From positions 2,080,001 through 2,144,000 of the forward strand of contig CBDFLE010000006.1 in NCBI GenBank assembly GCA_965248925.1: a DNA stretch of 64,000 nt, in the 5' to 3' direction. The notes below the pieces were generated by a model that did not search any database, had not been told where the DNA came from, and was given only the letters and a program-made list of their open reading frames with translations. The DNA is from Candidatus Multivoradales bacterium. GTDB taxonomy: Bacteria; Acidobacteriota; Thermoanaerobaculia; Multivoradales; J023. Position numbers and translations under genes: made by a program. This document shows, in pieces, positions 1-9,499 of this stretch; the first letter of the stretch is position 1, and the number at the start of each line of letters is the position of its first letter.

Positions 1-282
1 ATGCACGGTGAGGCGATGTCGCGGCGAAGTCACCCACACGGTGAGGCCACTCTGCTCAATGGGTTCGAGCTGCGAGGCGAGATCGCGATAGGTGCCGGTG
101 AGAAAAGACAGCTCGATACCGTCATCCGCCACCAGAGGTGCCGCCAGCGCCATCAGCGCCGCCCAGGCCAGCAGCGAGAGGGCAACGACCGCTAACGAGC
201 AGCATCGCTGGGAGGCTGAGCGGGGGCTGACCAATTTCCGAAATTCCGCCGCACGGGTGTAGGACTGAGTCGGGGAGAGCAT
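1..282 (-). CDS. Exported hypothetical protein, N-terminal part only (runs off the left window edge)
   Basis: ATG at 282-280 directly follows the TAG of the VWA gene (TAGATG). The frame is open to base 1: MLSPTQSYTRAAEFRKLVSPRSASQRCCSLAVVALSLLAWAALMALAAPLVADDGIELSF..., with a hydrophobic signal-like stretch. Not in the supplied ORF track. Confidence 0.6.
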   Translation of the reverse strand, partial: MLSPTQSYTRAAEFRKLVSPRSASQRCCSLAVVALSLLAWAALMALAAPLVADDGIELSFLTGTYRDLASQLEPIEQSGLTVWVTSPRHRLTVH

Positions 283-2868
283 CTACGGATAATAGCCGCG
301 GATGGTCCGCGCCTTCAACTTGCCGCCGCGCACTCTGACTTCGACCCGGCGATACTCTTCGTTCTGAGAAGCGCTCTGGTCGGAGTTGTAGGCCACCAGA
401 TACTGGCTCCGCAGCTCTTCCTCGATCTCCGCGTAAGTCTCGACCAGCTCGGCGGCCTGCTTGATGTAGAAGGCCCGGCCACCGGTCTCGCTGGACAAGG
501 CCTCCAACTTGCGCCGTACTCCGACCTGCGATTTGCCGATGCCGAGACCGATGGAGTAGATCGCCACCCCGCTGCGGCGGGCATATTCCAAGGCATCCTT
601 GAACTCGATCGAACTCGCGGTGTCCTCACCGTCAGAGAGCAGAACCAGCGCCCGCCGACCGCGAATTCCACGGTAGTAATACAGGCTGGTCACCACCGCA
701 TCGTGCAACGACGTGGCGCCATAGGCGATCAGGTCTTGGAGGCGTTCGGCCACCGCGCCGACATCCGAAGTACGAGGCATCAGCAGCACCGGTCGATCGG
801 CGAAAGCCATGGCAAAGGTCCGGTCCTTGGGGGTGATTATGTTCTCCAAGAAACCGATCGCGGCGCGCTGTGCCTCGCCGAGAGAGCTGAACATTGAGCC
901 ACTGGTGTCAATCACGATGCCGAGGGTCATCGGCAGATCCTCGACCAGCTCGAACTTGGCGATCTTCTGCGGCCGATCGTCTTCAAAAACCTCGAATTGC
1001 GCTGGGGTCACACCCCTGGCCAAACGACCCGAGCGATCGGTGACCGTGGTGTAGAGCTCGACCAGATGGACATCGACTTCGTCGAGAAATTGGGGCGAGT
1101 GCAGAAAGCGCACCTCCTCGGCTCGGCGACCGTCATCGAGTTCGGCCACCACCGTCAGGTAGGTCAGGTCACCTCCCACCTGGACCTCGACCTCGGCCTG
1201 CCAGGGTGGCGCGGTCACCGTCGCTTGCAGCTCCTCGTTGAGGCTGAACTCGACTTTCACTACCTTGCGCTCCTCAGGCACCACCACCTCGGCCTTGGCC
1301 AGCGTCTTGCCCCGCGGCTTTGCTCCCCTGGCCGGTTCCAAGATGCGTACTTGCAGCTCGCCTCGGGGTTGGTTGAGCACCACCTCATCGGCAGCCACCA
1401 ACTCACCGGCGTCGTCGTAGCCTTCGACCCGCACGGTCTGCTCAGCGGGATAGGTTTGGAGCCGCAGCTCAGCGGTAAACGGCGGTCGCCGACGGCTGAG
1501 TTCTTTCTTGGCATCGAGTAGAAAGTCGACCCTGGTGATGCGCTCGCCGGTGACCAGCACCTCGGCCCGCCATAGGCCAAACACCAAGTCCGTTTCTGGT
1601 GGCACCAAGATCAGGCTATCGAAACCTTCGAGGCGTAGTTCTTTGAGCTGATCACCGAGGGCCAGTAGAGCGCTCTCGGGCACCGGTGGCAGAGAGGTTG
1701 GGTCCGCCGCACTGGGCACCACAAAACCACGGCTGACCACCCGCTGGCGGCCGGTGGTTTCTTCCTTCAAGCGCATCCTGAGGAGGAATTCCTGGCCCGG
1801 CCGTAGCCGCCGATCGAATTGCAGCGCCACCACCTGGTCAGCCTCTGGCGGTGACAGCAAGTAGCGCACCCGGAAGGTCTCGAAGATCTCGCCTTCGTGT
1901 TCTAAATGCCCTTCGACCACCAGTCGCACTTCGAGCTTCTCGCCCTCCTCGACCGGCTCGAGTTCAATCCCCGCCGGCAGCAGCATGATGATCCGGGTCA
2001 CCAAGCGCTGACCCTTGCGCTCCGGAAAGTAGAACTTGACCTCTTCCACCGGCAGCTGGACCAGCGTTTGCTCCTCAGAGGCCACCCTACGAGCCCAAGC
2101 TGCGAGGTCGGCCGGCGGTTGCAGATAGACTTCGACATCCGCATTCAGCGGTCGATCCTTGAGGAAACCGAACAAGCCGTCGACCCCGGTAATCTCATCG
2201 ACCCGCTTCGATTCCTCGCAGATCGCCCGATCGAAGCGGCGACCGCCCGAAATACGCGACTTGAGTTCCTCCCACTGCTCGAGCCAATACTCCATCTCTG
2301 AGTTGTAGAGCACCCGCTTGGAGTCGATCGGCCGCCACAGCTGGTAGGGCTGCTTGGGCTTGGGGCGGTAGAGCACCAGGTGCTCGACCAAACCCGGCAC
2401 TGTGCCCGGCGGATAGGTCCACAGCTCGAGGGGCTGGAAGGCCTCGGCACAATCCACCAGCAAGCGCTCGCTCGGCGGGCCGTGCAAGAAGAGCAGTTGG
2501 GCGCGGGCATCCAACAGCGAGAGTGCCTCCGCTTGGGCCAGGGCGCGGCGCGTCCGGATCGCCAACAGCAGCTCGTTCTGAGGCGTTTCTGGCAGCGGGT
2601 CGGCGGCCAGAAACTGGTCGATGAAGAGGGCCCGAGCCACCGTGTCGCCGGACAGCAGCTGCTCCAGCTGCTCAGGGTCGAGCAACAAGCCCGGTCCGTC
2701 CTGAACAAAGGCCCTTTGCTCCTCGGTCCATAACAGAGGAAGGGCAAAGGGAACATTCTGGGCGGATAGAGGGAACACCGCGACTGCAACTAGCAGCCAC
2801 AGCGAGAGGGGTCTGATCTTGAACGCAATTCGTCGCATGCTCGCAACCTCGTGCACGGGTGATGCCAT
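283..2868 (-). CDS. GWxTD-like domain + Ig-like (Big) domains + C-terminal von Willebrand factor A domain protein (acidobacterial VWFA type)
   Basis: Signal peptide; 'DPLPETPQNE...DARAQLLFLHGPP...LELWTY' resembles a GWxTD domain; VWA MIDAS 'IDTSGSM', 'TSLHDAV', 'LLSDGED'; C-terminal 'ETGGRAF...ELRSQY...ARTIRGYY'. Confidence 0.85.
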   Translation of the reverse strand: MASPVHEVASMRRIAFKIRPLSLWLLVAVAVFPLSAQNVPFALPLLWTEEQRAFVQDGPGLLLDPEQLEQLLSGDTVARALFIDQFLAADPLPETPQNELLLAIRTRRALAQAEALSLLDARAQLLFLHGPPSERLLVDCAEAFQPLELWTYPPGTVPGLVEHLVLYRPKPKQPYQLWRPIDSKRVLYNSEMEYWLEQWEELKSRISGGRRFDRAICEESKRVDEITGVDGLFGFLKDRPLNADVEVYLQPPADLAAWARRVASEEQTLVQLPVEEVKFYFPERKGQRLVTRIIMLLPAGIELEPVEEGEKLEVRLVVEGHLEHEGEIFETFRVRYLLSPPEADQVVALQFDRRLRPGQEFLLRMRLKEETTGRQRVVSRGFVVPSAADPTSLPPVPESALLALGDQLKELRLEGFDSLILVPPETDLVFGLWRAEVLVTGERITRVDFLLDAKKELSRRRPPFTAELRLQTYPAEQTVRVEGYDDAGELVAADEVVLNQPRGELQVRILEPARGAKPRGKTLAKAEVVVPEERKVVKVEFSLNEELQATVTAPPWQAEVEVQVGGDLTYLTVVAELDDGRRAEEVRFLHSPQFLDEVDVHLVELYTTVTDRSGRLARGVTPAQFEVFEDDRPQKIAKFELVEDLPMTLGIVIDTSGSMFSSLGEAQRAAIGFLENIITPKDRTFAMAFADRPVLLMPRTSDVGAVAERLQDLIAYGATSLHDAVVTSLYYYRGIRGRRALVLLSDGEDTASSIEFKDALEYARRSGVAIYSIGLGIGKSQVGVRRKLEALSSETGGRAFYIKQAAELVETYAEIEEELRSQYLVAYNSDQSASQNEEYRRVEVRVRGGKLKARTIRGYYP

Positions 2869-2900
2869 CCTTGCTAGGGGCTCATTGGGCGTCTCACCGC

Positions 2901-2988
2901 TGGCCTATTTACGGCCTGCGGCCAGCCTATCTGCGGCCTGCGGCCGGCACATCTGCGGCCTGTGGCCGGCACATCTGCGGCCTGTGGC
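2901..2988. repeat. Four degenerate 22-bp tandem repeats in a divergent intergenic region
   Basis: tggcctatttacggcctgcggc / cagcctatctgcggcctgcggc / cggcacatctgcggcctgtggc / cggcacatctgcggcctgtggc. Confidence 0.85.
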
Positions 2989-3137
2989 CGTGGCAGGACG
3001 CTCTGGCGGGCTGATCTACCGCCCTTTATACTTACCGCGCCTCGTCGCCGGCCGGTTTGTCACTCGGCCGAAATCAAGTCGACACCCTATCTTGACGACG
3101 AAAACGACCACAGCTTTAACAACCCTGGAATTATCCG

Positions 3138-4136
3138 ATGCCTATCGTACGACGCAACGAACCGATTTCGAGCTGGCAAGAGGGCGATTTCGTCCAGGGA
3201 TTCGCCCTGCTCGGCAAAAAAGAAATGCGCCAGGATCGCAACGGGCGCGACTACCTCGATCTCGAGCTATGCGACTCCAGCGGCCGCGTATCGGCCAAAG
3301 TCTGGTCCGACAGCCCGGCTCTAAAGGGTGACTACGAGGCCAAGAACTTCGTCGCCTTCAAAGGCGTAGCCCGCAGCTATCGCGATCAACTACAGATCAA
3401 CATCGACCACTGCCGTCGAGTCTGCGACGACGATAAAGAGCATGGATTCGACGAATCAGCGCTGATCCCGTCGACCAAGGAAGACATCGACGACCTCTGG
3501 CAGCGGCTCACCGCCCTGGTGCCGGGGCTGATCGAGCGGCCACTGCTGCGCCGCCTCAGCGAAGTGGCGATCGAACGTTACGGCGAGCGGCTCAAGTACC
3601 ACCCCGCGGCCAAGACCATTCATCACGCCTATCGCGGCGGCTTGTTAGAGCATGTGGTGTCGATGGCCGAGCTGGCCCGCCTAGTGGTCGATCACTACGG
3701 AGATGTTGATCGCGACCTGGTGTTGATCGGCGTGCTGTTCCACGATCTCGGCAAATTGCGTGAACTCGGCGCCATGCCGGCCAACGACTACACCCTCGAA
3801 GGCCATCTGGTGGGTCACGTGGTGATCGGCCGCGACATGCTGCTCGAATGCTGCGCCGCGCTCGACGACTTTCCCGAAGAGCTGCGCCTGCACCTCGAAC
3901 ACCTGGTGCTATCGCACCAAGGCCGGCGTGAATACGGCACGCCGATCGAGCCGATGACCCTCGAAGCCTTCATCCTCCACTTCATCGACGATCTGGACTC
4001 GAAGCTCAACCAACTGCGCCAGGCACGCGAGAGCGGCGAGGCGATGCAGTACATCCGTGGCCTCGGGCGCTACACCTATCTGAAGCCACCGCCTACCGCA
4101 GACGTAGAGTCTAGCGACGACTCAGGTAACGACTGA
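3138..4136 (+). CDS. yhaM: OB-fold + HD-domain 3'-5' exoribonuclease, YhaM/Cbf1 family
   Basis: N-terminal OB fold ('YLDLELCDSSGRVSAKVW'); 'PAAKTIHHAYRGGLLEH', 'FHDLGK', 'GHLVGH', 'SHQG', 'IDDLDSK'. Confidence 0.85.
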   Translation: MPIVRRNEPISSWQEGDFVQGFALLGKKEMRQDRNGRDYLDLELCDSSGRVSAKVWSDSPALKGDYEAKNFVAFKGVARSYRDQLQINIDHCRRVCDDDKEHGFDESALIPSTKEDIDDLWQRLTALVPGLIERPLLRRLSEVAIERYGERLKYHPAAKTIHHAYRGGLLEHVVSMAELARLVVDHYGDVDRDLVLIGVLFHDLGKLRELGAMPANDYTLEGHLVGHVVIGRDMLLECCAALDDFPEELRLHLEHLVLSHQGRREYGTPIEPMTLEAFILHFIDDLDSKLNQLRQARESGEAMQYIRGLGRYTYLKPPPTADVESSDDSGND

Positions 4137-4251
4137 GCCGTCCTCCACGTCGAGCGCCGCGTCCTCCACTCAGGACGCGGCGGAAGTGGTTTCAGACCCG
4201 CGATCTTGTCGCCTCGCGGCGACCCTCGCGATGCTTGCAGGGAGATACACA

Positions 4252-4941
4252 ATGGGATTCCTCGAACGCATGATGTCCGATCTGGTCAAGGACGCCACCG
4301 GGTTCAACCCGCGGCGGGCGATCCGCATGATCGGCGGCAAGAACATCTTGATGATGGGCGGGGCCGCACTGGCGGGTACCCTCGCGGCCAAGAAGATCCA
4401 AGGCCCGCCGGACACCTTCGGCGGCGGCGCAGCGGTACCACCGCTACCCAGCACTCCGGCGACCACGCCATCCTTGCCGCCGATTCCCGGTTCCCAAGCT
4501 CAACCACCTCCTCCACCGGGGGCGACCCCACCTCTGCCGCCAATTCCACCCGCGACAGCCGCAGCCAGCGATGAACTTGCCACCGAGCTGACTTACCCCG
4601 TGGTGCGCACCATGGTGGCCGCCGCCCTGGCCGACGGCAAACTAGATCCGCGCGAGAAAGAGATCATCCACCGCCACCTCGGCGAATCGGGACTGGCTAC
4701 CGAGCAGGTGGCGCAGGTGCACCGTGACTTGGTGCTCCCTCCTTCGCCCGGCGAGCTCGCCAGCCTGGCCACCGAGCCGGCCACTGGCGAAACCATGTAC
4801 CGCTGTGCGCTGGTGATTGTCCGCGCCGACCAAGAGGTGGACCCGCTGGAACTTGCCTGGCTCGACCGCCTAGCCGCGGCCCTCGAACTCGACGCCGAAC
4901 GCCGCCAGCAACTCGACGACCAACTGCTCGGCGACGATTGA
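4252..4941 (+). CDS. DUF533/YebE (TerB-like) family protein with a Pro-rich linker
   Basis: GGAG RBS before ATG 4252; 'RTMVAAALADGKLDPREKEII', 'WLDRLAAALEL'. Confidence 0.75.
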   Translation: MGFLERMMSDLVKDATGFNPRRAIRMIGGKNILMMGGAALAGTLAAKKIQGPPDTFGGGAAVPPLPSTPATTPSLPPIPGSQAQPPPPPGATPPLPPIPPATAAASDELATELTYPVVRTMVAAALADGKLDPREKEIIHRHLGESGLATEQVAQVHRDLVLPPSPGELASLATEPATGETMYRCALVIVRADQEVDPLELAWLDRLAAALELDAERRQQLDDQLLGDD

Positions 4942-5081
4942 CGCCCAGCCGCCTTGCCGAGGGGCGGCAGAGTGTGATGACATCCTGGGACTAGCAACAA
5001 CAACCAACCCATGCCCGTTTTCAGCTGAGCACAGGGTTACATCCGCTGTCCAGCGGATAGCCGAGCCTGCGAGGAGAACCG

Positions 5082-6878
5082 ATGAGCGACTCGAGATACA
5101 GCGACCTGGTGGACGTGCTAACCCGCTCAGTGGCCGACTACGGCAGCAGCAATCTCTTTGGCACCAAGATCAAGGGGCAGTGGAGTTGGATCACTTACCG
5201 CGACTTCGGCCAGCGGGTCGACCACTTCCGCGGCGGCCTGCAGCAGATCGGCATCGGCGCCGGCGACACGGTGGGGGTGATCTCGGCCAACCGCGTCGAG
5301 TGGGCCATGGCGGCCTACGCCACCTATGGTCTCGGCGCCCGACTGTGTCCGATGTACGAGTCCCAGCAAGAAAAAGACTGGCGCTACATCCTCGAGGATT
5401 CGGGTGCCAAAGTGCTCATTGCCTCGACCTATGCGATCTACGAAACCGTGCGCGACTGGGCCGGCAAGCTCGGTGCCGTCGAGAGGGTCTTCTGCATGGC
5501 TCTGCCGGCGGAAGATGCAGCTTCGACCGCCGCCCTCGAAGCGATCGGCCGGGAGCATCCAACACCGGTGATCGACATCGATCCCAACGCGGTCTGCGGC
5601 TTTATCTACACCTCGGGCACCACCGGCAAGCCAAAAGGCGTCTTGTTGTCACACGCCAACATCTGCGCCAACATCAACAGCGTGAGCCAATTCTTCGACA
5701 TTGGTACTGGTGATCTGTCGGTCTCCTTCCTACCCTGGGCCCACTCCTTCGGCCAGACCTGCGAGCTGCACGTCATGGTGTCGCACGGTTCGGCGGTGGC
5801 GATCGCCGAGTCGGTCGAGAAATTGATCGAAAACTTCGCCGAAGTGCGCCCAACGGTGCTGTTCAGCGTGCCGCGAATCTTCAACAAGATCTACGACGGC
5901 TTGCAGAAAAAGATGGCCGCAGATGGTGGCTTGAAGAAGAAGCTGTTCGACGCCGCGATGGTCAATGCTGAGAAGCTCAAGCAGCTGCAAGCGTCCGGTC
6001 GCAGCTCAATAGTCGTCAGCCTCAAACAAAGCTTCTTCGACAAGCTCGTGTTCTCCAAGGTTCGGGAACGCTTCGGCGGCCGGCTGCGCTACGCTTGTTC
6101 CGGCGGCGCCGCCCTATCCCCCGAAGTCGGCGACTTCATCAACAAGCTCGGCATCATGGTCTGCGAAGGCTACGGTCTGACCGAAACCAGCCCGATCGTC
6201 ACCACCAACCGGCCCGGCGACCTGCGCCTGGGTTCGGTCGGCAAACCGGTGCCGGATGTCGAGGTGATCATCGACACCAGCGTGGTCGAGAACAAAGATT
6301 CCAAGGATGGCGAGATCCTGGTCAAAGGCCCCAACGTGATGCTCGGCTACCATGGCCTGCCTGAGGAGACCGCCGCCGTGATGCGCGAAGACGGCGCCTT
6401 CCGCACCGGTGACCTTGGACACTTAGACGCCGACGGCTACCTCTACATCACCGGCCGGATCAAAGAGCAGTACAAGCTTGAGAATGGCAAATACGTCGTG
6501 CCGGCACCGCTCGAAGAGCTGCTCCAGCTCAGCCCCTTCATCATCCAAGCCTTCATCCACGGCTTCAACAAGCCCTTCAACGTCGTGCTGCTAGTGCCCG
6601 ACCGCCCGGCGCTCGAAAAATGGGCCACGGAGCAAGGGATCACCGGCGACTACGCGGCCCTACTCGCCGACTCGCGCACCCAGCAGCTGGTCGAAGAACA
6701 GATCGAAAAATACGGCAAGGGCTTCAAGCGCTACGAGCTACCGCGCAAGTTCCATCTGCTGGCCGATGAGTTCACGGTCGAGAACGGCATGCTGACCCCC
6801 AAGCTGAGCGTCAAACGACAAGTGGTCCATGATCACTACCAAGCCGAGCTGACAGAACTGCACGGGGCGCCGGTTTAG
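5082..6878 (+). CDS. Long-chain fatty acid--CoA ligase (AMP-dependent synthetase)
   Basis: 'YTSGTTGKPKG', 'GYGLTET', 'FRTGDLG', 'ITGRIKE', 'LTPKLSVKR'; GAGGAG RBS. Confidence 0.92.
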   Translation: MSDSRYSDLVDVLTRSVADYGSSNLFGTKIKGQWSWITYRDFGQRVDHFRGGLQQIGIGAGDTVGVISANRVEWAMAAYATYGLGARLCPMYESQQEKDWRYILEDSGAKVLIASTYAIYETVRDWAGKLGAVERVFCMALPAEDAASTAALEAIGREHPTPVIDIDPNAVCGFIYTSGTTGKPKGVLLSHANICANINSVSQFFDIGTGDLSVSFLPWAHSFGQTCELHVMVSHGSAVAIAESVEKLIENFAEVRPTVLFSVPRIFNKIYDGLQKKMAADGGLKKKLFDAAMVNAEKLKQLQASGRSSIVVSLKQSFFDKLVFSKVRERFGGRLRYACSGGAALSPEVGDFINKLGIMVCEGYGLTETSPIVTTNRPGDLRLGSVGKPVPDVEVIIDTSVVENKDSKDGEILVKGPNVMLGYHGLPEETAAVMREDGAFRTGDLGHLDADGYLYITGRIKEQYKLENGKYVVPAPLEELLQLSPFIIQAFIHGFNKPFNVVLLVPDRPALEKWATEQGITGDYAALLADSRTQQLVEEQIEKYGKGFKRYELPRKFHLLADEFTVENGMLTPKLSVKRQVVHDHYQAELTELHGAPV

Positions 6879-6941
6879 GCTTCGCTGGGATTGCGACCGG
6901 ACGACAGTGCCAGGCATCTTTGTCCTGAAGCGAGGCAGACC

Positions 6942-7193
6942 ATGGTCACCGTGAATGTCAACGAGCTAGAAACCCGGCTTTCCAGTTTGCTGGCTGCCAT
7001 TGAAGGAAAAGACGAGACGATCGTGATCTGTCGAGCCGGGCGGCCGATCGCCGAGTTGCGGCCGCTATCGAAAATTTGTGATCCGCTCCGAGTCCATCCC
7101 GAGCTGTCGCAAATCGAGTTCTATGAAGATCCGATGGCGCCGCTAGAGCCAGAAGACTGTCCGAACTCAGATCCCTCTGGCATCATCGACTGA
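6942..7193 (+). CDS. Phd/YefM family antitoxin, orphan (no toxin follows)
   Basis: 'MVTVNVNELETRLSSLLAAIE...IVICRAGRPIAELRP'; its 3' end overlaps the convergent sulfatase-like gene. Confidence 0.7.
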   Translation: MVTVNVNELETRLSSLLAAIEGKDETIVICRAGRPIAELRPLSKICDPLRVHPELSQIEFYEDPMAPLEPEDCPNSDPSGIID

Positions 7194-9053
7194 CCGCAAC
7201 AACGGCGCCAACTGCGGATCGGCTGCTACCGCCGAGCGCAGCTCAGGGTTCGCGGCCAGTGCCTCATTCACACTTTGGCGGGCTGCCTTGGTGTCACCGG
7301 CTTGCTGCTGGTAGCGAGCCAGGGTGAGACGGAGGCGAGCGTCGTTCGGCTCAAGGTCGACCGCTTGACGTAGGGCGCCGGCGGCGTCGGCTGGGCGCTT
7401 GCTGGCGGCCAGCGAGGCGGCCAGATTGACCCAGGCTTCGATGCGGCGAGGCTGGAGTTGGGCGAGTTCTAACCAGTGAGGCAGAGCGTCGCCGGGGCGA
7501 CCGAGACGCTGCAACGCGTCGGCCAGGGCGAATCGGGCCTCGGCGCGGCTCGGATCCAAAAGAACGGCTTTCTGCAAGCGTGGCGCGGCGGCCTCAAGGT
7601 TGCCGGCCTTGAGCAAGGCGATGCCACTGCGCAACATAGCAAAGTGATTTTCGGGCTCTTGGGCCAACACCTGGTCGAATGCGGCTACGGCTTCGGCAAA
7701 CCGGCCCCTCCCCATCAAGGCTTCGGCAGCCAGCAAGACACGCCGTTCGGCGATCCGGTCTTTGGGGTCGGGCAGGTTTGGCGGCGGCTCGGGATCAGCA
7801 CCCCCGGAACCGACGTAGCCCAGGGCGCGCAGACGCGACAAGGTTTCGGCATCGGCCGACTTGGCGCTTCCGACCGCGGCTGCCGCTTCGATGTGGCGCA
7901 ATGTACTGAGCAGAACATGGGTCTGGCGGCGCTGATCGTCGATCCGGTTGTGCTGTTCGCCCGCGTCTTGGCGCAAGTTGTAGAGCTCGGGGCGCGGGGC
8001 GACGATCATCTTCCAACCGTCGTGCCGGAGGGCCTTTAAGGGCGCCCAACCGAAGTAGACCCACGGCAACCGGGTCTCAAGATAGGCCGGCGCGGGAGGC
8101 AGCGCCTGGCCATTCAGCAGCGGCACAATGCTGCGACCGTCCAGATTCGCCATCTCGGCCTGGCCGAGGAGTTCGAGCACTGTCGGGACGATGTCGATCA
8201 GGCGCACCGCTTGGGCACTGGCGCCGGGCCGTACTTTGCCCAGTTGGTGAAAAATCATCGGCACTAGCATCGTGCTGTCGTAGAGGAAGTAGCCGTGAGT
8301 GTCCTCTTGGTGCTCGCCCAGGGCCTCGGCGTGGTCGGCGGTCAGCACGGTCAGAACAGGGCCCGCCGCGATCTCGCCAATGCCGCGCCGTAGCTCGCCG
8401 ATGGCGTGGTCGACATAGGCAACTTCGCCGTCATAGCTACCCCGTGGACCGGGTTGCCAAAAAGACCTCGGGGGCAGGTAAGGATCGTGAGGATCGTAAA
8501 AATGTAGCCACAGAAACCACGGCGGCTCGGCTTTGGCCAACCACTCCAATGCCGCCTCGACGGTGCCGCCAGCGCGCCTCTCGACCCAACCTTCGACCCC
8601 CTCGGGCATGGTGTCGTCGTAGTGCTCGAAGCCACGGTCGAGTCCGAAGGCGCGCTGCAACGGGAAACCGCTGACAAAGGCGCCCGTGCTGTAGCCCCGC
8701 GCGCGCAAATGCTCGGACAACAACGGCACACCCGCGGCCAGCAAGCGACCGTTATCGCGTACTCCGTGGCGCCGAGGCAATAAGCCAGAGAGGATCGAGG
8801 CATGGGCCGGCAGGGTCAGCGGCACCGGCGACACCGCGCCGGGTAGACGAAAACCAGCGGCTGCCAGGCGGTCTATCTCCGGCGTATCGCCGCGACCCGA
8901 AACCCAACCCAAAGCATCGGGACGAAGAGTATCGACAGTGATCAATAGCAGGTTCGCGGGAGCAGCAGGCAGGTCAGCTGAACCGGCTACCGCGCCCGGC
9001 CCACCGAGGGCTACGGAAAGTAGCCAGCAAACTGCGGTCGAGCGAATGCTCAC
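7167..9053 (-). CDS. Sulfatase-like hydrolase/transferase (alkaline phosphatase superfamily) with C-terminal TPR repeats
   Basis: 'LITVDTLRPD', 'PLTLPAHASILSG', 'HFYDPHDPY', 'YDGEVAYVD', 'TADHAE', 'ELYNL', 'LRALGYV', then TPR helices; signal peptide. Confidence 0.88.
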   Translation of the reverse strand: MSIRSTAVCWLLSVALGGPGAVAGSADLPAAPANLLLITVDTLRPDALGWVSGRGDTPEIDRLAAAGFRLPGAVSPVPLTLPAHASILSGLLPRRHGVRDNGRLLAAGVPLLSEHLRARGYSTGAFVSGFPLQRAFGLDRGFEHYDDTMPEGVEGWVERRAGGTVEAALEWLAKAEPPWFLWLHFYDPHDPYLPPRSFWQPGPRGSYDGEVAYVDHAIGELRRGIGEIAAGPVLTVLTADHAEALGEHQEDTHGYFLYDSTMLVPMIFHQLGKVRPGASAQAVRLIDIVPTVLELLGQAEMANLDGRSIVPLLNGQALPPAPAYLETRLPWVYFGWAPLKALRHDGWKMIVAPRPELYNLRQDAGEQHNRIDDQRRQTHVLLSTLRHIEAAAAVGSAKSADAETLSRLRALGYVGSGGADPEPPPNLPDPKDRIAERRVLLAAEALMGRGRFAEAVAAFDQVLAQEPENHFAMLRSGIALLKAGNLEAAAPRLQKAVLLDPSRAEARFALADALQRLGRPGDALPHWLELAQLQPRRIEAWVNLAASLAASKRPADAAGALRQAVDLEPNDARLRLTLARYQQQAGDTKAARQSVNEALAANPELRSAVAADPQLAPLLRSVDDARGI

Positions 9054-9499
9054 CGAGCCTCTGCGGGCTCTGAGGATTGTGCCTCACCAGCAGCCTCGAC
9101 CTTCTGGGTCTGCACGCCCGAGAAGCGCACTTTCAAACCGGTGTTGGTAACGTAGTCGAGGTAGTAATAATAAGTCTCGCCGGCTTTGACTTCGCAGTCG
9201 ACAAAGAGGTAGCGGCCGACATCTTTTTCGTCGACTCCCTCGGCGCGGACGATAGCGGCATTGCGGCGCACGAAAGGCCCCTGGCGGGTGGCGGCACGGT
9301 AGACCAAATAGCCGTAAACACCGGCCTCGGTCTTGGCCTGCCAAGCCAGCCTGGCAGATGGCTGGCAAGCGGTCACCAGCGGTTCCGCGAGCGAAGCTTG
9401 TGCGGCCAACAACCAGGGGGCCAGTACCAGCCCAACGGCCAGCAAGAAACCCCGGCAGGTGGCCTTCGTCATCAGCAGTCTGGTTCTAATCTTGGCCAT
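9050..9499 (-). CDS. Small secreted FN3/Ig-like beta-sandwich protein
   Basis: AAGGAG RBS before ATG 9499; signal peptide; 'ARLAWQAKTEAGVYGYLVYRA...GPFVRRN...YLFVDCEVKAGETYYYYL'; GTGA overlap with the next gene. Confidence 0.75.
   Translation of the reverse strand: MAKIRTRLLMTKATCRGFLLAVGLVLAPWLLAAQASLAEPLVTACQPSARLAWQAKTEAGVYGYLVYRAATRQGPFVRRNAAIVRAEGVDEKDVGRYLFVDCEVKAGETYYYYLDYVTNTGLKVRFSGVQTQKVEAAGEAQSSEPAEAR

Noticed and set aside
1-195. 64-aa plus-strand ORF in the supplied track
   Set aside because: It is the antisense shadow of the minus-strand gene starting at 282, which is translationally coupled to the VWA gene.
2901-2988. Possible CRISPR array
   Set aside because: The units are contiguous with no unique spacers, and there are no cas genes in the window.
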